A stretch of 55,164 bases of DNA from a virus (lineage: Duplodnaviria; Caudoviricetes), in IMG/VR virus record IMGVR_UViG_3300046466_000192, positions 1 through 55,164 of that record. One strand, written 5' to 3'. The position numbers and the translations under genes are program-made. The notes beneath the pieces were generated by a model. It saw only the letters and a program-made list of their open reading frames with translations, searched no databases and was not told where the DNA came from. Below are positions 38,625 to 47,892 of the stretch, piece by piece. Numbering within the stretch: position 1 is the first letter of the stretch; the number at the start of each line of letters is the position of its first letter.

Positions 38625-40343
38625 TTAGCCATCACACGCAATACAATCTTCATTCATCGCTTGCTGTGCAATATCTCCACGTAAGACAGATTCTGTCCTC
38701 GTATAATATAAGGTTTTAACACCCTTTTTCCATGCTTCAAAATGAACTTTGTTTATCCATTTTGGTGTAGCTACACTAGGAAAAGCTAAGTTTAAACTAA
38801 CTGACTGATCTACATATTGCTGTCTCAGTCCAGCTTGATTAACTAATTCTAGTTGATTAATTTCCTTAAAAGTTTTAAATACCTCTTTTGCTGGCGTGTC
38901 ATGGGCCATGATAATATCATCAAGCTCACTAATGTTTTGTACACTACCACCATCAGCCATGATCTTGTCCCATGTTTCATTTGTGTTTATTTTAAGTTTT
39001 CTTAACAACTTTACTAGTGTAGGATTTTTTCGTATAAACGTACCTTTAGCAGACTGTTCCGTAAATACATTAGCAGCCCAAGGTTCTATTCCTGGCGAAA
39101 CATTTCCCGAAAGCTTGCTATTGCTAACAGTGGGAGCAACAGCACGCAAATGAGTATTACGATAACCAGAGCCGCTACACCACAGAGGTTCACCGTATGT
39201 TTCAGCAAGAGCCATAGAAGCTCTTTCGCTTTCAATTTTAATTTGACTAAAAATTTTCCTAGTTTCAAACTGAGCGAGTAAACCCTCGAAACTGATCCCT
39301 TTTTCTTGTAAGTACGTGTGCCAGCCCAAAACTCCAAGGCCAAGCGCTCTTCCTTTGGTAGCTGAGCGGACCGCGTTTTCAAATCCTCGTAAACCTTTAG
39401 CTCTTTGTATAAACTCTTCCATGACTCCGTCAAGAAACCATATACTATCATAAATAAGGTTTGTACCCTTCCATTCTTCATATTTTGCTAGATTTAATGA
39501 TGATAAACAACAAACAAAGCTGTGGTTTTCATCTGTGTGTAATGTTATCTCTGAACATATATTTGTCATGTGTACTTTGAGACCGTTGTCTTTATAGGCT
39601 TTTGGGTTATTCTTATTTGTATTCCCTTTAAATAAGATATAAGGTTCTCCAGTAGCTTTACGTTTTTGAAGAAGCTTTCCCCAACGTTTTCTTGCTTGTT
39701 TATCTCCAGCTTCAAGTCTTCGCATGAATTTATCGCCGACAACAGCACATTGGTGCAGGTTGAGAGATTGACGGTTAACGTCTCCTTTGGGTTCACGTAT
39801 TTCAAGCCACTCATCGAAATCGGCGTGATCAATATTGATATTAACTGACGCTGCTCCTCGTCTGACAGATCCTTGATTAGTGGCAAGTATAGTTGAGTCG
39901 TATATTTTACAAAACGGCACAACTCCATCACTTGTTCCATTTCCAGTTATTTTAGCTCCGGCGGGTCTAATTTGATTTATACCGACACCAACTCCACCGC
40001 CGTGCTTAGCGAGTAGCATCATCTCTAAATTTTTTTGTCCTATGTCCTGTATCGAGTCTGCAACATCAATGCCAAAGCAAGATATAGGTAAACCGCGATC
40101 AGTCCCTGTATTTGATAAAACAGGACTAGCCAGACACAGCCAACCATTCCAAATATAATCAAAGAACGTTCCGGCCATTTCAGGTTTGTAAAGTCTACGC
40201 GCAACCGTTTTAGCAACTCGCATGTATGCATCACGAGGTGTTTCATCTTGTAATAAATATCCACCAGATATAGTTTTTTTATAAACATCTGTATCACCCC
40301 ATTTAGGGTAATCTTCTCCTTTTTTCCATTCATTATTCCACAT
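38625..40343 (-). CDS. nrdA: Class I ribonucleotide reductase alpha subunit (no ATP cone)
   Basis: PISCF, TNICSE, CCLSS, TLYY and C-terminal CIAC motifs. Confidence 0.95.
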   Translation of the reverse strand: MWNNEWKKGEDYPKWGDTDVYKKTISGGYLLQDETPRDAYMRVAKTVARRLYKPEMAGTFFDYIWNGWLCLASPVLSNTGTDRGLPISCFGIDVADSIQDIGQKNLEMMLLAKHGGGVGVGINQIRPAGAKITGNGTSDGVVPFCKIYDSTILATNQGSVRRGAASVNINIDHADFDEWLEIREPKGDVNRQSLNLHQCAVVGDKFMRRLEAGDKQARKRWGKLLQKRKATGEPYILFKGNTNKNNPKAYKDNGLKVHMTNICSEITLHTDENHSFVCCLSSLNLAKYEEWKGTNLIYDSIWFLDGVMEEFIQRAKGLRGFENAVRSATKGRALGLGVLGWHTYLQEKGISFEGLLAQFETRKIFSQIKIESERASMALAETYGEPLWCSGSGYRNTHLRAVAPTVSNSKLSGNVSPGIEPWAANVFTEQSAKGTFIRKNPTLVKLLRKLKINTNETWDKIMADGGSVQNISELDDIIMAHDTPAKEVFKTFKEINQLELVNQAGLRQQYVDQSVSLNLAFPSVATPKWINKVHFEAWKKGVKTLYYTRTESVLRGDIAQQAMNEDCIACDG

Positions 40344-40610
40344 TTATATTCCGTTTATTAAGTGTATGATCCATGCTATTAAACCATTAATGTTTAAAGC
40401 AACTAAGTTCCATTGTTTACGTGATGACGTTTGGACGATAATACATATAAAACCTATAATAAATAATATAGGTTCAATAGTCCATTGCCCAGCTATCACA
40501 AAGCCTGCGCCCATGTACCCTACACGTGACGCAAACTTTTGCCAAGACGTAAGTTTATTTGTGTAAGCTAAAATCTTTAATAGCTTTCTTTTATTAACAA
40601 AGGTCTTCAT
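40344..40610 (-). CDS. Small 3-TM membrane protein
   Basis: Three hydrophobic segments; fills the gap between nrdB and nrdA exactly. Confidence 0.6.
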   Translation of the reverse strand: MKTFVNKRKLLKILAYTNKLTSWQKFASRVGYMGAGFVIAGQWTIEPILFIIGFICIIVQTSSRKQWNLVALNINGLIAWIIHLINGI

Positions 40611-40636
40611 ATATATCTTCTTTTGTTATTTTAATA

Positions 40637-41605
40637 TTACCAAATGTCTTCAAAGTCTTCTCCTTCGTTTGCCTTTGAGTAATCAGTCGGCCTAATAGCG
40701 AAAAAATCAGTATGAGTGACGCCCCCGGTAAGATGATAAAACCAATCAAGATTAGCTGCTGCTTTTTTGTCATAAGTAAAATATGATGAAAGGTCGATAT
40801 AACCAAGTTCCAAAAGTTTTTCATTTGTTCTTTTTCTTATAAATTGTTTTAAGTCATTTGCTTTAATGCCTTCAATGTCACCCATCTCAAACATTTTGTC
40901 TATATATTTTTCTTCTAGCTCAACCATAGATTCAGCTGCTTGCACAACGTCTGATCTACAAGCCTCTAATAAGCTATTGTCTTCTTGACACATATGTCTA
41001 AATAACTGACAACCCATTTTACTGTGTAAGCTTTCATCTCTTACACTCCACTTCATTTGTTGCCCGATACCTTTAAGTAAATTTCGAAGCTGAAAACTAT
41101 AAAGCACTGCAAAAGCACTATACAAACTAACTCCTTCAGCGAAGGCTGAAAATACAGCCAAGCTTTTACCAATACCAACTGGATCACTACCGTTATAAGC
41201 AACCAAATTATCAAATCTAGCAGCCGTTGCTGGTTCGTGTAAAAACGCTTCATAATCTTCTAATTTTAATGTTTCATTTAAATAGCTATATGCGACTGCG
41301 TGGATAGTCTCTTGACTTCCAAACATCATCGCCATTTGCTGTATCTCGTGCTTAGGGAACCAAGATACAACTTTTTGCGTCCAATAGTCGGAGACAGCGC
41401 ATTCGGTCTGTGCGAAGCCGAGTAGTATGTTTCCAACAAGGTTTTTTTCTTTGTCATTTAATTTTTCTGTCCAATCTTTTACATCTCCACTCATAGGTAT
41501 TTCAGTGTGTAACCAAAATGCTTGAGCTTGTTTTAGCCAACCCTCAGTATAATACTCAGGGTATTCAAACGGTTTGTACGCTACGCGCTCATTAAATAAG
41601 CCCAT
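40637..41605 (-). CDS. nrdB: Class I ribonucleotide reductase beta subunit
   Basis: Metal ligands E68, E99xxH102, EG, DExxH; radical Tyr106; C-terminal DFF...Y. Confidence 0.95.
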   Translation of the reverse strand: MGLFNERVAYKPFEYPEYYTEGWLKQAQAFWLHTEIPMSGDVKDWTEKLNDKEKNLVGNILLGFAQTECAVSDYWTQKVVSWFPKHEIQQMAMMFGSQETIHAVAYSYLNETLKLEDYEAFLHEPATAARFDNLVAYNGSDPVGIGKSLAVFSAFAEGVSLYSAFAVLYSFQLRNLLKGIGQQMKWSVRDESLHSKMGCQLFRHMCQEDNSLLEACRSDVVQAAESMVELEEKYIDKMFEMGDIEGIKANDLKQFIRKRTNEKLLELGYIDLSSYFTYDKKAAANLDWFYHLTGGVTHTDFFAIRPTDYSKANEGEDFEDIW

Positions 41606-41748
41606 TATTTATATATTTCTAATGCTAGGTCTATAAGCGGTATGTATAGCACGTGAGTGGTCTGGTTTTCTTCCTCGTAAGATCTAAACCCAAGTAAAAT
41701 ACCTGGGTAAAAACCTAAAGACAAGCTCCAGCTTGTTTGTTTTTTCAT
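41605..41748 (-). CDS. Small hypothetical protein (47 aa, not in ORF track)
   Basis: MKKQTSWSLSLGFYPGILLGFRSY...LEIYK; its TAA overlaps the nrdB ATG. Confidence 0.6.
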   Translation of the reverse strand: MKKQTSWSLSLGFYPGILLGFRSYEEENQTTHVLYIPLIDLALEIYK

Positions 41749-41906
41749 AAATTATATTTTTTACATTGTTCTACTAAGTTTTTGTATCTTATAGCGCCGA
41801 ACTGATCCCATCTCCATTTAATCCATTTATCAAGTTGACGTTCAGCATATTTTTGTCTAGCTATCCTTTTATTTTGTTTAGGATCAACCTTACTGTTTCG
41901 TCGCAT
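41745..41906 (-). CDS. Small basic hypothetical protein (53 aa, not in ORF track)
   Basis: MRRNSKVDPKQNKRIARQKYAERQLDKWIKW...; ATGA coupling to the next ORF. Confidence 0.5.
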   Translation of the reverse strand: MRRNSKVDPKQNKRIARQKYAERQLDKWIKWRWDQFGAIRYKNLVEQCKKYNL

Positions 41907-42319
41907 TCTTTTTGATTTTGTGGTTTATATAGTGTGTAATTAGGAAACTGATTCATAACAAGTCTTTTAAATAACTTCCAACGCATTGGAAAAGACTCGT
42001 TAGCCCTACCTTTTGTTTCAATTATAAAATCATCACCAATGAAATCTGGCGTATACTTAATAGGTAATATGCGTTTGCAGCCTCTATTTTTGTAATCACC
42101 TTTACCATTAGAGCATCTTTCATAAACTTCGTTTTCTATGTGGAAGCCATTTAATAAAACAAAAGTTTCTCCTTCGTATTTAGCTTTTATTTTTGATTTT
42201 TTTAAAGCCATATACATATAACGCTCAAGACCAGATGCAAAGTTAATACCATCATATGATACTTTCTTTGACTGTACCGGCCCGCGTTTTCTTTTACGTT
42301 TATAAGATCTCTTCTTCAT
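41861..42319 (-). CDS. T7 endonuclease I-like Holliday junction resolvase
   Basis: FASGLE...KYE...YTPDF...IETKG PD-(D/E)xK motifs. Confidence 0.8.
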   Translation of the reverse strand: MKKRSYKRKRKRGPVQSKKVSYDGINFASGLERYMYMALKKSKIKAKYEGETFVLLNGFHIENEVYERCSNGKGDYKNRGCKRILPIKYTPDFIGDDFIIETKGRANESFPMRWKLFKRLVMNQFPNYTLYKPQNQKECDETVRLILNKIKG

Positions 42320-42614
42320 TTATTTCTATGTCGTGATAATGTAATCCGTCATTTCCATTTTGACCTATTACGTTTATCCTGTTTAACATTGCCTCTTCGA
42401 TTTCATCGCTTAAGCAACGCTTAGCAGCTTCAATATAAAGTAAAGCATCCATTAGTTCTTCTTGCACATCAACTAAAAAACGATTAAGATCTTTTTCTTG
42501 ACCTTCGATTTCTTGCATCATTGTAGCTCCATATTTCTTTTGACCTATTAAGCTACGTTCGTCCATCTTCCTTAGTACAGCTTGTACTATCTTGTCTTCA
42601 GTTTTAATCTTCAT
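42300..42614 (-). CDS. MazG-like all-alpha NTP pyrophosphatase-fold protein
   Basis: G.KKYG.T...QEELMDALLY motif; probable start at MKIK. Confidence 0.5.
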   Translation of the reverse strand: MKIKTEDKIVQAVLRKMDERSLIGQKKYGATMMQEIEGQEKDLNRFLVDVQEELMDALLYIEAAKRCLSDEIEEAMLNRINVIGQNGNDGLHYHDIEINEEEIL

Positions 42615-43392
42615 CTTTCTCTCTAATATAAGTTCCATCAACCATCTTACCTTTACGATCTTTTATTTCGTTGTAAGCAGCGTCAATACATTGTTCTATA
42701 GTTACTCCCTGCAAATGAGCTAGACTTGTCAATACAACAACACAGTCACCAATACCATCCACAGTACCATCATAGCTGCCATCTAATATAGAGGAGCATG
42801 TTTCACCAACCTCTTCCATTAGTTTTAAACATTGTGTTTTAATGTCTCCTTTATCGTAAATACCTCTTTCTTCTGCCCAGTCTCTTATTAAATCAAATCT
42901 ATTAGGTACTTTATCTACACTTGTTTTGTATTTAAGTTTAGGATTATGTAGTTTATTAACAAAAGCTTCGTAAAAAGCTTTATTATAGACGTAAGATCTT
43001 TTACTGTTGTACATTGACTCTTTTACGTTAGCCATTATCCAATTAACACTTTCTTTTGTTATTTCAAACTGGCCAAATGTTGTTTTCCATTTTAAACCTA
43101 TGTTATCCATTAGTTGTCCTTTTAATTTATTAACTGGACAAGGGAATGTTGAGGTTTGTTCTGTTGCGTTTATTTTCATTTTATTAAATAAGTGTTTATA
43201 TAATTTTCTATCGACCTTATAGCCGTAAGACTTTTGAAGTTCTATTTCACGGTCTGATATATAATCTATATCTTCTGACTGTTCAAGAACTTCATACTCA
43301 TTCTCCTTATAGCCTTGCATAAGGGTTACTCTGGTATTAAGATCACGTGTAACACCAATCTTTTTACCTGGTATGTGGTATAAATAATACAT
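42604..43392 (-). CDS. mazG: GIY-YIG-like domain fused to MazG-type NTP pyrophosphohydrolase
   Basis: N-term YYLYH..KKIGVTRDLNTR; C-term WAEERGI...KLMEEVGE...DGIGD...AYNEIKDRKG. Confidence 0.75.
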   Translation of the reverse strand: MYYLYHIPGKKIGVTRDLNTRVTLMQGYKENEYEVLEQSEDIDYISDREIELQKSYGYKVDRKLYKHLFNKMKINATEQTSTFPCPVNKLKGQLMDNIGLKWKTTFGQFEITKESVNWIMANVKESMYNSKRSYVYNKAFYEAFVNKLHNPKLKYKTSVDKVPNRFDLIRDWAEERGIYDKGDIKTQCLKLMEEVGETCSSILDGSYDGTVDGIGDCVVVLTSLAHLQGVTIEQCIDAAYNEIKDRKGKMVDGTYIREKDED

Positions 43393-43395
43393 AAT

Positions 43396-44037
43396 TTATA
43401 ATTTATCGTTATACAGGTGCATGTTGTGAGCATGGTGGTAATACCAACCAATTTCAATATTTAATCTCTCTGCGATCATTTTTTGCAATGATGAAAACTG
43501 ATACTGATCATTACAGAAACCGTACCAGATGTCATTAGAACGCATATAAACAGACATATTTAGTTTGTTGTTTATAATTGTAAATTGAACGGCATATGTA
43601 CAGGGTGTATCTTTAGTATATTGTTTCCACTCTTTAGCATCATATATACTTATTGCAGCGTGCCTAGTATTAGGATTGTCTTTTAGTTTAGCTACAACAT
43701 AATCTATTTGATTATTTCGTTTCCATTGATAACCATAATTACTATTTACATTACCTTTACTATCTGCCATACGTTCCCATATTGGTGGTATTTTACCATA
43801 CAGTTGTCCTAGTTTAACAATATTAGGATCACCTGATAAATACCATTGCCATTCAGCTTCAGCATACTCTAGTTTCCAGTTACGTTGTTTATTGGTTATG
43901 TGATTATCCAAAGGGTTACGCATATAAAACCCACAGTTAAACAAAGCTTTAGTATTATCAAAATCAACACCATTTATTATGACTGCGTCTAATAATGCTT
44001 CATAAGCTTCGTTTGCGTTGTTATAACTATTTAGCAT
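43396..44037 (-). CDS. Thymidylate-synthase-fold enzyme, dCMP (hydroxy)methylase-like
   Basis: TPC catalytic Cys, MRSNDIWYGFCND, NMHLY; Asp at the ThyA Asn177 position. Probable start at MLNS. Confidence 0.8.
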   Translation of the reverse strand: MLNSYNNANEAYEALLDAVIINGVDFDNTKALFNCGFYMRNPLDNHITNKQRNWKLEYAEAEWQWYLSGDPNIVKLGQLYGKIPPIWERMADSKGNVNSNYGYQWKRNNQIDYVVAKLKDNPNTRHAAISIYDAKEWKQYTKDTPCTYAVQFTIINNKLNMSVYMRSNDIWYGFCNDQYQFSSLQKMIAERLNIEIGWYYHHAHNMHLYNDKL

Positions 44038-44272
44038 ATTTATTATAATAATATTTATAAAACTCATACATCTTAATCCATATCGTGTCTTTGCTATACA
44101 CGTCAGGTGATCTATTAGTTTTTTTATTAATCTCTATATCTAGATGCCACGTTGCGTTTCCAGTTGCAAACGGGGATATATATATTCCATTGTTTATACA
44201 CCACCGATATGCCGTTAGTTCTTCCGACGTAGGCAAATAGCTTCCCATTGATTGTTTCTTTATTCTTGGCAT
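44027..44272 (-). CDS. Hypothetical protein
   Basis: 81-aa ORF abutting the helicase stop. Confidence 0.65.
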   Translation of the reverse strand: MPRIKKQSMGSYLPTSEELTAYRWCINNGIYISPFATGNATWHLDIEINKKTNRSPDVYSKDTIWIKMYEFYKYYYNKYAK

Positions 44273-45997
44273 TTATTCCCACGGCATTGGTTCATCGTTA
44301 ATACTTATAGGTTCAAAAGGGATAAAACAACCCGATTTGTGCTCCCATTTAAAATGAGCTTCAGCTCCGTTTTCTCCGAGATTTTGAAACTTAACTTTAA
44401 GGACTTTTGCCTTGACAGTTTTTGCATCATAATCGCGGTGTACGAGAAGGCCATGATAGCTCGCGTCATACCATTCGCCGCCCCCTTTAATATTGTACAT
44501 CGTTGGTTCTTCAATTTTACCATCTTTATCTTTATACATTTTAGTTGGGTGAGCCACAATAAACACTAGTACGTCAAACTTTTTTGCAAATGTTTCAATC
44601 TTAGTTAAGTATTCCATTGTGTACCTGTTAACGTCCTCTGTTTTACAATCTACATCTCTAACTTTATTAAAAGGATCAATAACTAAACATTTAATACCTT
44701 TACGTTTAACTAGCTCAGCGCCTTTACGTAACACTGATTCTAATGTATAACGCTCCATGTCTATAAAAAAGTAATTATCGTTTACATGATTAGATATATT
44801 GTTCCATTTATCGCCGTGAATATCTGCTGACGTTGGCATACCTTCCCATGTCTTACGCATTAGCTTATGAGCATGTAAATACGTAGGTGCATTTTCTGGT
44901 GATGCAAAAGCTGTTTTCCAACCATAGTTACGGTTATAACCTACAACCATTTGGTCAACAAAATCAGACTTACCGCTACTAGGTATGCCAGTAACAGTAA
45001 TAAACTGACCGGTATATGTACTAAAAATGTTGTCAAAGTTTTCCAACCCGACTTGATAACCTTTTTTAAATCCGTTACGTACAAAATCAGTGACCTCGTC
45101 TTCGATGTCTTTGAATGTTGTAACGTTTTCGAGCGGTACTGGCCTTGCTTGGGTAATACGCTCTGCCAATTTTTCTTTGCCATATTTTATTAAGTATTCG
45201 TTAGCATCTTTACAATCATCAAACGATGCCAGGTAACAAACTTCAGCTCCAAGTCTACGGACTAATTCTGATTGTAGTGCTTGCCCTGCTTCATCTGAAT
45301 CAACAGCTAGTATTATTTTTTCTTTATCTTCAAAATAATCTATACAATTGTCAAGATAATCTAAGTTATTACTATTAAGTGTAGCGCCGTTAGGAACTGA
45401 TATAGCGTTTGGTATACCAGCTTCGTGTAGTGCTAACACATCCATTTCTCCTTCAGTTATAATACAATACTCGTAACCTACAATACTATTTATATTGTAA
45501 AATACTTTTTCAGCACCTTTATATAACTTAAAGTTTTTACGACCATCTCTATATTTAATATTAATAAGTTGATCGCCCATAAAGTAATTAAACTTTATAG
45601 TATTCTCGGTCTTACCGGTCTGAGGCATATATTCAGCACCCTCACCAACTTGTAAGTCGATGAGAGTTTGTGCTGATATACCTCTTGTTTTAAACCATTT
45701 CAAGACTTTTTGTTCTGGATCACCAGTTATATTATAGTCTTCAACTCTATCAACAGGTCTAACATATTCTTTTTCGCTAGCTCCTTTGCGTTGATAAGTA
45801 TGTAACTGAAATGATGTGTTACAATTATGACAAGTACCGAGACCCCGTTCCCAATCATAAGACGCGCACTTTGCCTTTTGATTCTTGGGTTTTCTAGTAT
45901 GAGAGCAAAGAGGGCATATACCCTGCTTTTTCCCTTCTTCTAGCTTATGTTGATTGAATTCGTCAATCAAAAATCCATTGATCTCTACTGTCTGCAT
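44273..45997 (-). CDS. T7 gp4/Twinkle-like primase-helicase
   Basis: Zn finger CPLC...CHNC, TOPRIM TEGEMD/DSD, Walker A GIPSSGKS, VIDP, VAHP. Confidence 0.92.
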   Translation of the reverse strand: MQTVEINGFLIDEFNQHKLEEGKKQGICPLCSHTRKPKNQKAKCASYDWERGLGTCHNCNTSFQLHTYQRKGASEKEYVRPVDRVEDYNITGDPEQKVLKWFKTRGISAQTLIDLQVGEGAEYMPQTGKTENTIKFNYFMGDQLINIKYRDGRKNFKLYKGAEKVFYNINSIVGYEYCIITEGEMDVLALHEAGIPNAISVPNGATLNSNNLDYLDNCIDYFEDKEKIILAVDSDEAGQALQSELVRRLGAEVCYLASFDDCKDANEYLIKYGKEKLAERITQARPVPLENVTTFKDIEDEVTDFVRNGFKKGYQVGLENFDNIFSTYTGQFITVTGIPSSGKSDFVDQMVVGYNRNYGWKTAFASPENAPTYLHAHKLMRKTWEGMPTSADIHGDKWNNISNHVNDNYFFIDMERYTLESVLRKGAELVKRKGIKCLVIDPFNKVRDVDCKTEDVNRYTMEYLTKIETFAKKFDVLVFIVAHPTKMYKDKDGKIEEPTMYNIKGGGEWYDASYHGLLVHRDYDAKTVKAKVLKVKFQNLGENGAEAHFKWEHKSGCFIPFEPISINDEPMPWE

Positions 45998-46015
45998 TTA
46001 ATTTAATTTAAGTCA

Positions 46016-46087
46016 TTAATCTTCTATTAATGTTATATTACCGTCTTCATTTCTAACTATATTTATATAGTCTCCTTCGTCCCACAT
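46016..46087 (-). CDS. Possible 23-aa peptide
   Basis: MWDEGDYINIVRNEDGNITLIED, TAATG-coupled to the ssb stop. Confidence 0.35.
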   Translation of the reverse strand: MWDEGDYINIVRNEDGNITLIED

Positions 46088-46401
46088 TAAAAAGGAAGAT
46101 CATCTGCAGGTGCAACCTCAGCTACTGGTGTAGCTTGTACAGGTTGGTCTTGCCTTGGCGCAACTTCAACGTTTGTACCATTTGTCCACACTACTTGAAC
46201 GTTACCTAAATATGTCTTAGCAACTTTAGATTCACGTTCTTCTTTTGTTTGCGCAACTACTACAGGTCCTTGATTACCGAACTGATCGACTTCATCATTT
46301 AAGGTTATAGTAATTGGTAAGTATTTACCTTTCTTACCATCAATAACTTTTGATTTATCAATGTTAGACAGGTTAATACTAGTTTTAATTATACTTGCCA
46401 T
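46087..46401 (-). CDS. ssb: Single-stranded DNA-binding protein-like
   Basis: Small beta protein with acidic DDLPF C-terminal tail, next to ERF/exonuclease and helicase. Confidence 0.65.
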   Translation of the reverse strand: MASIIKTSINLSNIDKSKVIDGKKGKYLPITITLNDEVDQFGNQGPVVVAQTKEERESKVAKTYLGNVQVVWTNGTNVEVAPRQDQPVQATPVAEVAPADDLPF

Positions 46402-46402
46402 A

Positions 46403-46582
46403 TTATGCGTATTGATTTATCTGATTAAACATCCTTGATAGTTGTTCTTTAGTAGCATTTGTATTTCTTCTTAAGTTGTCAACAGCTTTTACATGTGTTT
46501 GATTCTTATAAAAATTGTTTGTTGAAGTTTCTAATCCTGTTACTGAACAAACTTTTGTTTGGTTTTTTCTGGTTCTTGCCAT
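46403..46582 (-). CDS. Small hypothetical protein (59 aa, not in ORF track)
   Basis: MARTRKNQTKVCSVTG...QINQYA fills the gap between exonuclease and ssb. Confidence 0.6.
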   Translation of the reverse strand: MARTRKNQTKVCSVTGLETSTNNFYKNQTHVKAVDNLRRNTNATKEQLSRMFNQINQYA

Positions 46583-46584
46583 AA

Positions 46585-47316
46585 TTAAAGGGTTTTATTA
46601 ATAAAATATTGTGTAGGATCAAAGCCTTCAGACTTATAAAATAATTCATAAGCCTGCACCGCTCTTTCAACTTTGTCCTTACCACGTTCATAAAATTGCG
46701 GTGAACAGTCAAAAATACCTATTTGGCCTGTGTTCTTGTCAATGGCAATAAATACCATTTCATAGCCAAATAGTTTACTATAAATATAAGCTTGTGAGTC
46801 GTAGTTGTATTTAGAAGCTGAGTATTTAAATTTATTTAGATCTGCTGTAGTCTTCAAATCAACTACAAGTTTTTCTTCATGATTTACAATATCAGCTTTA
46901 CCTTTCCACATTTGACCTTCAAGCTCTGTAACGCCAGGTTTCTCATACTCATTTGTTGAGTTTCTAATCAAGTCATAACATATTTTATTAGCCAACATTT
47001 TATCTGTTAGTTTTTCTATATTATCAACCTCATGTTGTAGTAAACATAGTTCACCACCTGACATCTCTTTGTATGCCTTTGTATTTCTAGTTGTAGCTTC
47101 TATGATCTTAAACTTTTTAAGTTTATCAGGTTCTAGTATAGCCGTGTGGAAGTAACCACCAACTAAAAACGCTGGTCTAGCTTCAGAAGCTTTACCAAGG
47201 TTTAAAGGATTTGTAAGTAAAGTACCAATGTCTGAGTTACTAAGATATTTCTTACCGAAATCACCATAATAATGCTCATCATCACGTAACTTTTGAATTA
47301 CTTTTTCTTTATTCAT
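46585..47316 (-). CDS. PD-(D/E)xK exonuclease (RecE/DUF3799-like)
   Basis: YLSNSD, G..FH.AILEP, KGKAD...DLKTT, YDSQAYIY. Confidence 0.85.
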   Translation of the reverse strand: MNKEKVIQKLRDDEHYYGDFGKKYLSNSDIGTLLTNPLNLGKASEARPAFLVGGYFHTAILEPDKLKKFKIIEATTRNTKAYKEMSGGELCLLQHEVDNIEKLTDKMLANKICYDLIRNSTNEYEKPGVTELEGQMWKGKADIVNHEEKLVVDLKTTADLNKFKYSASKYNYDSQAYIYSKLFGYEMVFIAIDKNTGQIGIFDCSPQFYERGKDKVERAVQAYELFYKSEGFDPTQYFINKTL

Positions 47317-47317
47317 A

Positions 47318-47866
47318 TTATAGCGTGTTTAATGCTCCTTCTATTTCTTTAGATAGTGCATATTTGGCTTTTATAGCCGATACTTTACCACCTGCTGTTA
47401 CATATTGAACCGCTTTTCCATAAGCTGGATCTGTTTTAGAGGTTAAAGTTGGTTTTTTAGGCTCGAACTTTTTCTTGCCATGATCGTTCGTAGCATCACT
47501 GTCCGCTGTGTCGTCAATTAGAAATAAATTACCCAGCGCATACTTTTTTGCATACGAAGACGCTGAGCCAAATTGTTGAGGTACATTCATACCTTTTTGA
47601 TTTAGATCAACACCGACGATAGCAGTAGCGTGTATAGCATTGTCGCCGTCACTTACGGAAGCAGTAGACTGCATCATAGGTAATGGTTCAACACTAATCA
47701 TTTCTTCATTAATCGTTACTGTTACTCCTAACTCTAATAGAAAGGGTTTTGTTGCTTCGAGAATGTCTTCGGCACTACGGAAGTGATATTTGCCGAACGA
47801 ATTAAATCTTGATTTTTTAGATTTAAATTTTGTCTGGATCGTTGCCAGTTTTTCATTTATGGTCAT
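47318..47866 (-). CDS. erf: ERF-family ssDNA annealing protein
   Basis: GSASSYAKKYALGNLFLIDD..DSD ERF signature. Confidence 0.85.
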   Translation of the reverse strand: MTINEKLATIQTKFKSKKSRFNSFGKYHFRSAEDILEATKPFLLELGVTVTINEEMISVEPLPMMQSTASVSDGDNAIHATAIVGVDLNQKGMNVPQQFGSASSYAKKYALGNLFLIDDTADSDATNDHGKKKFEPKKPTLTSKTDPAYGKAVQYVTAGGKVSAIKAKYALSKEIEGALNTL

Positions 47867-47892
47867 ATGGTTTATTCTTTTGGTCTATATAT

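Noticed and set aside
39086-40333. Three 97-131-aa ORFs in the +1 frame of nrdA
   Set aside because: Interrupted by stops and explicable by avoidance of NTA/NTG codons in a highly expressed gene. They serve as a caution for the terL overlap, which is longer and has a sharp composition boundary.
43396-44037. Plain thyA annotation
   Set aside because: The specificity residue is Asp rather than Asn, so no thyA symbol was assigned.
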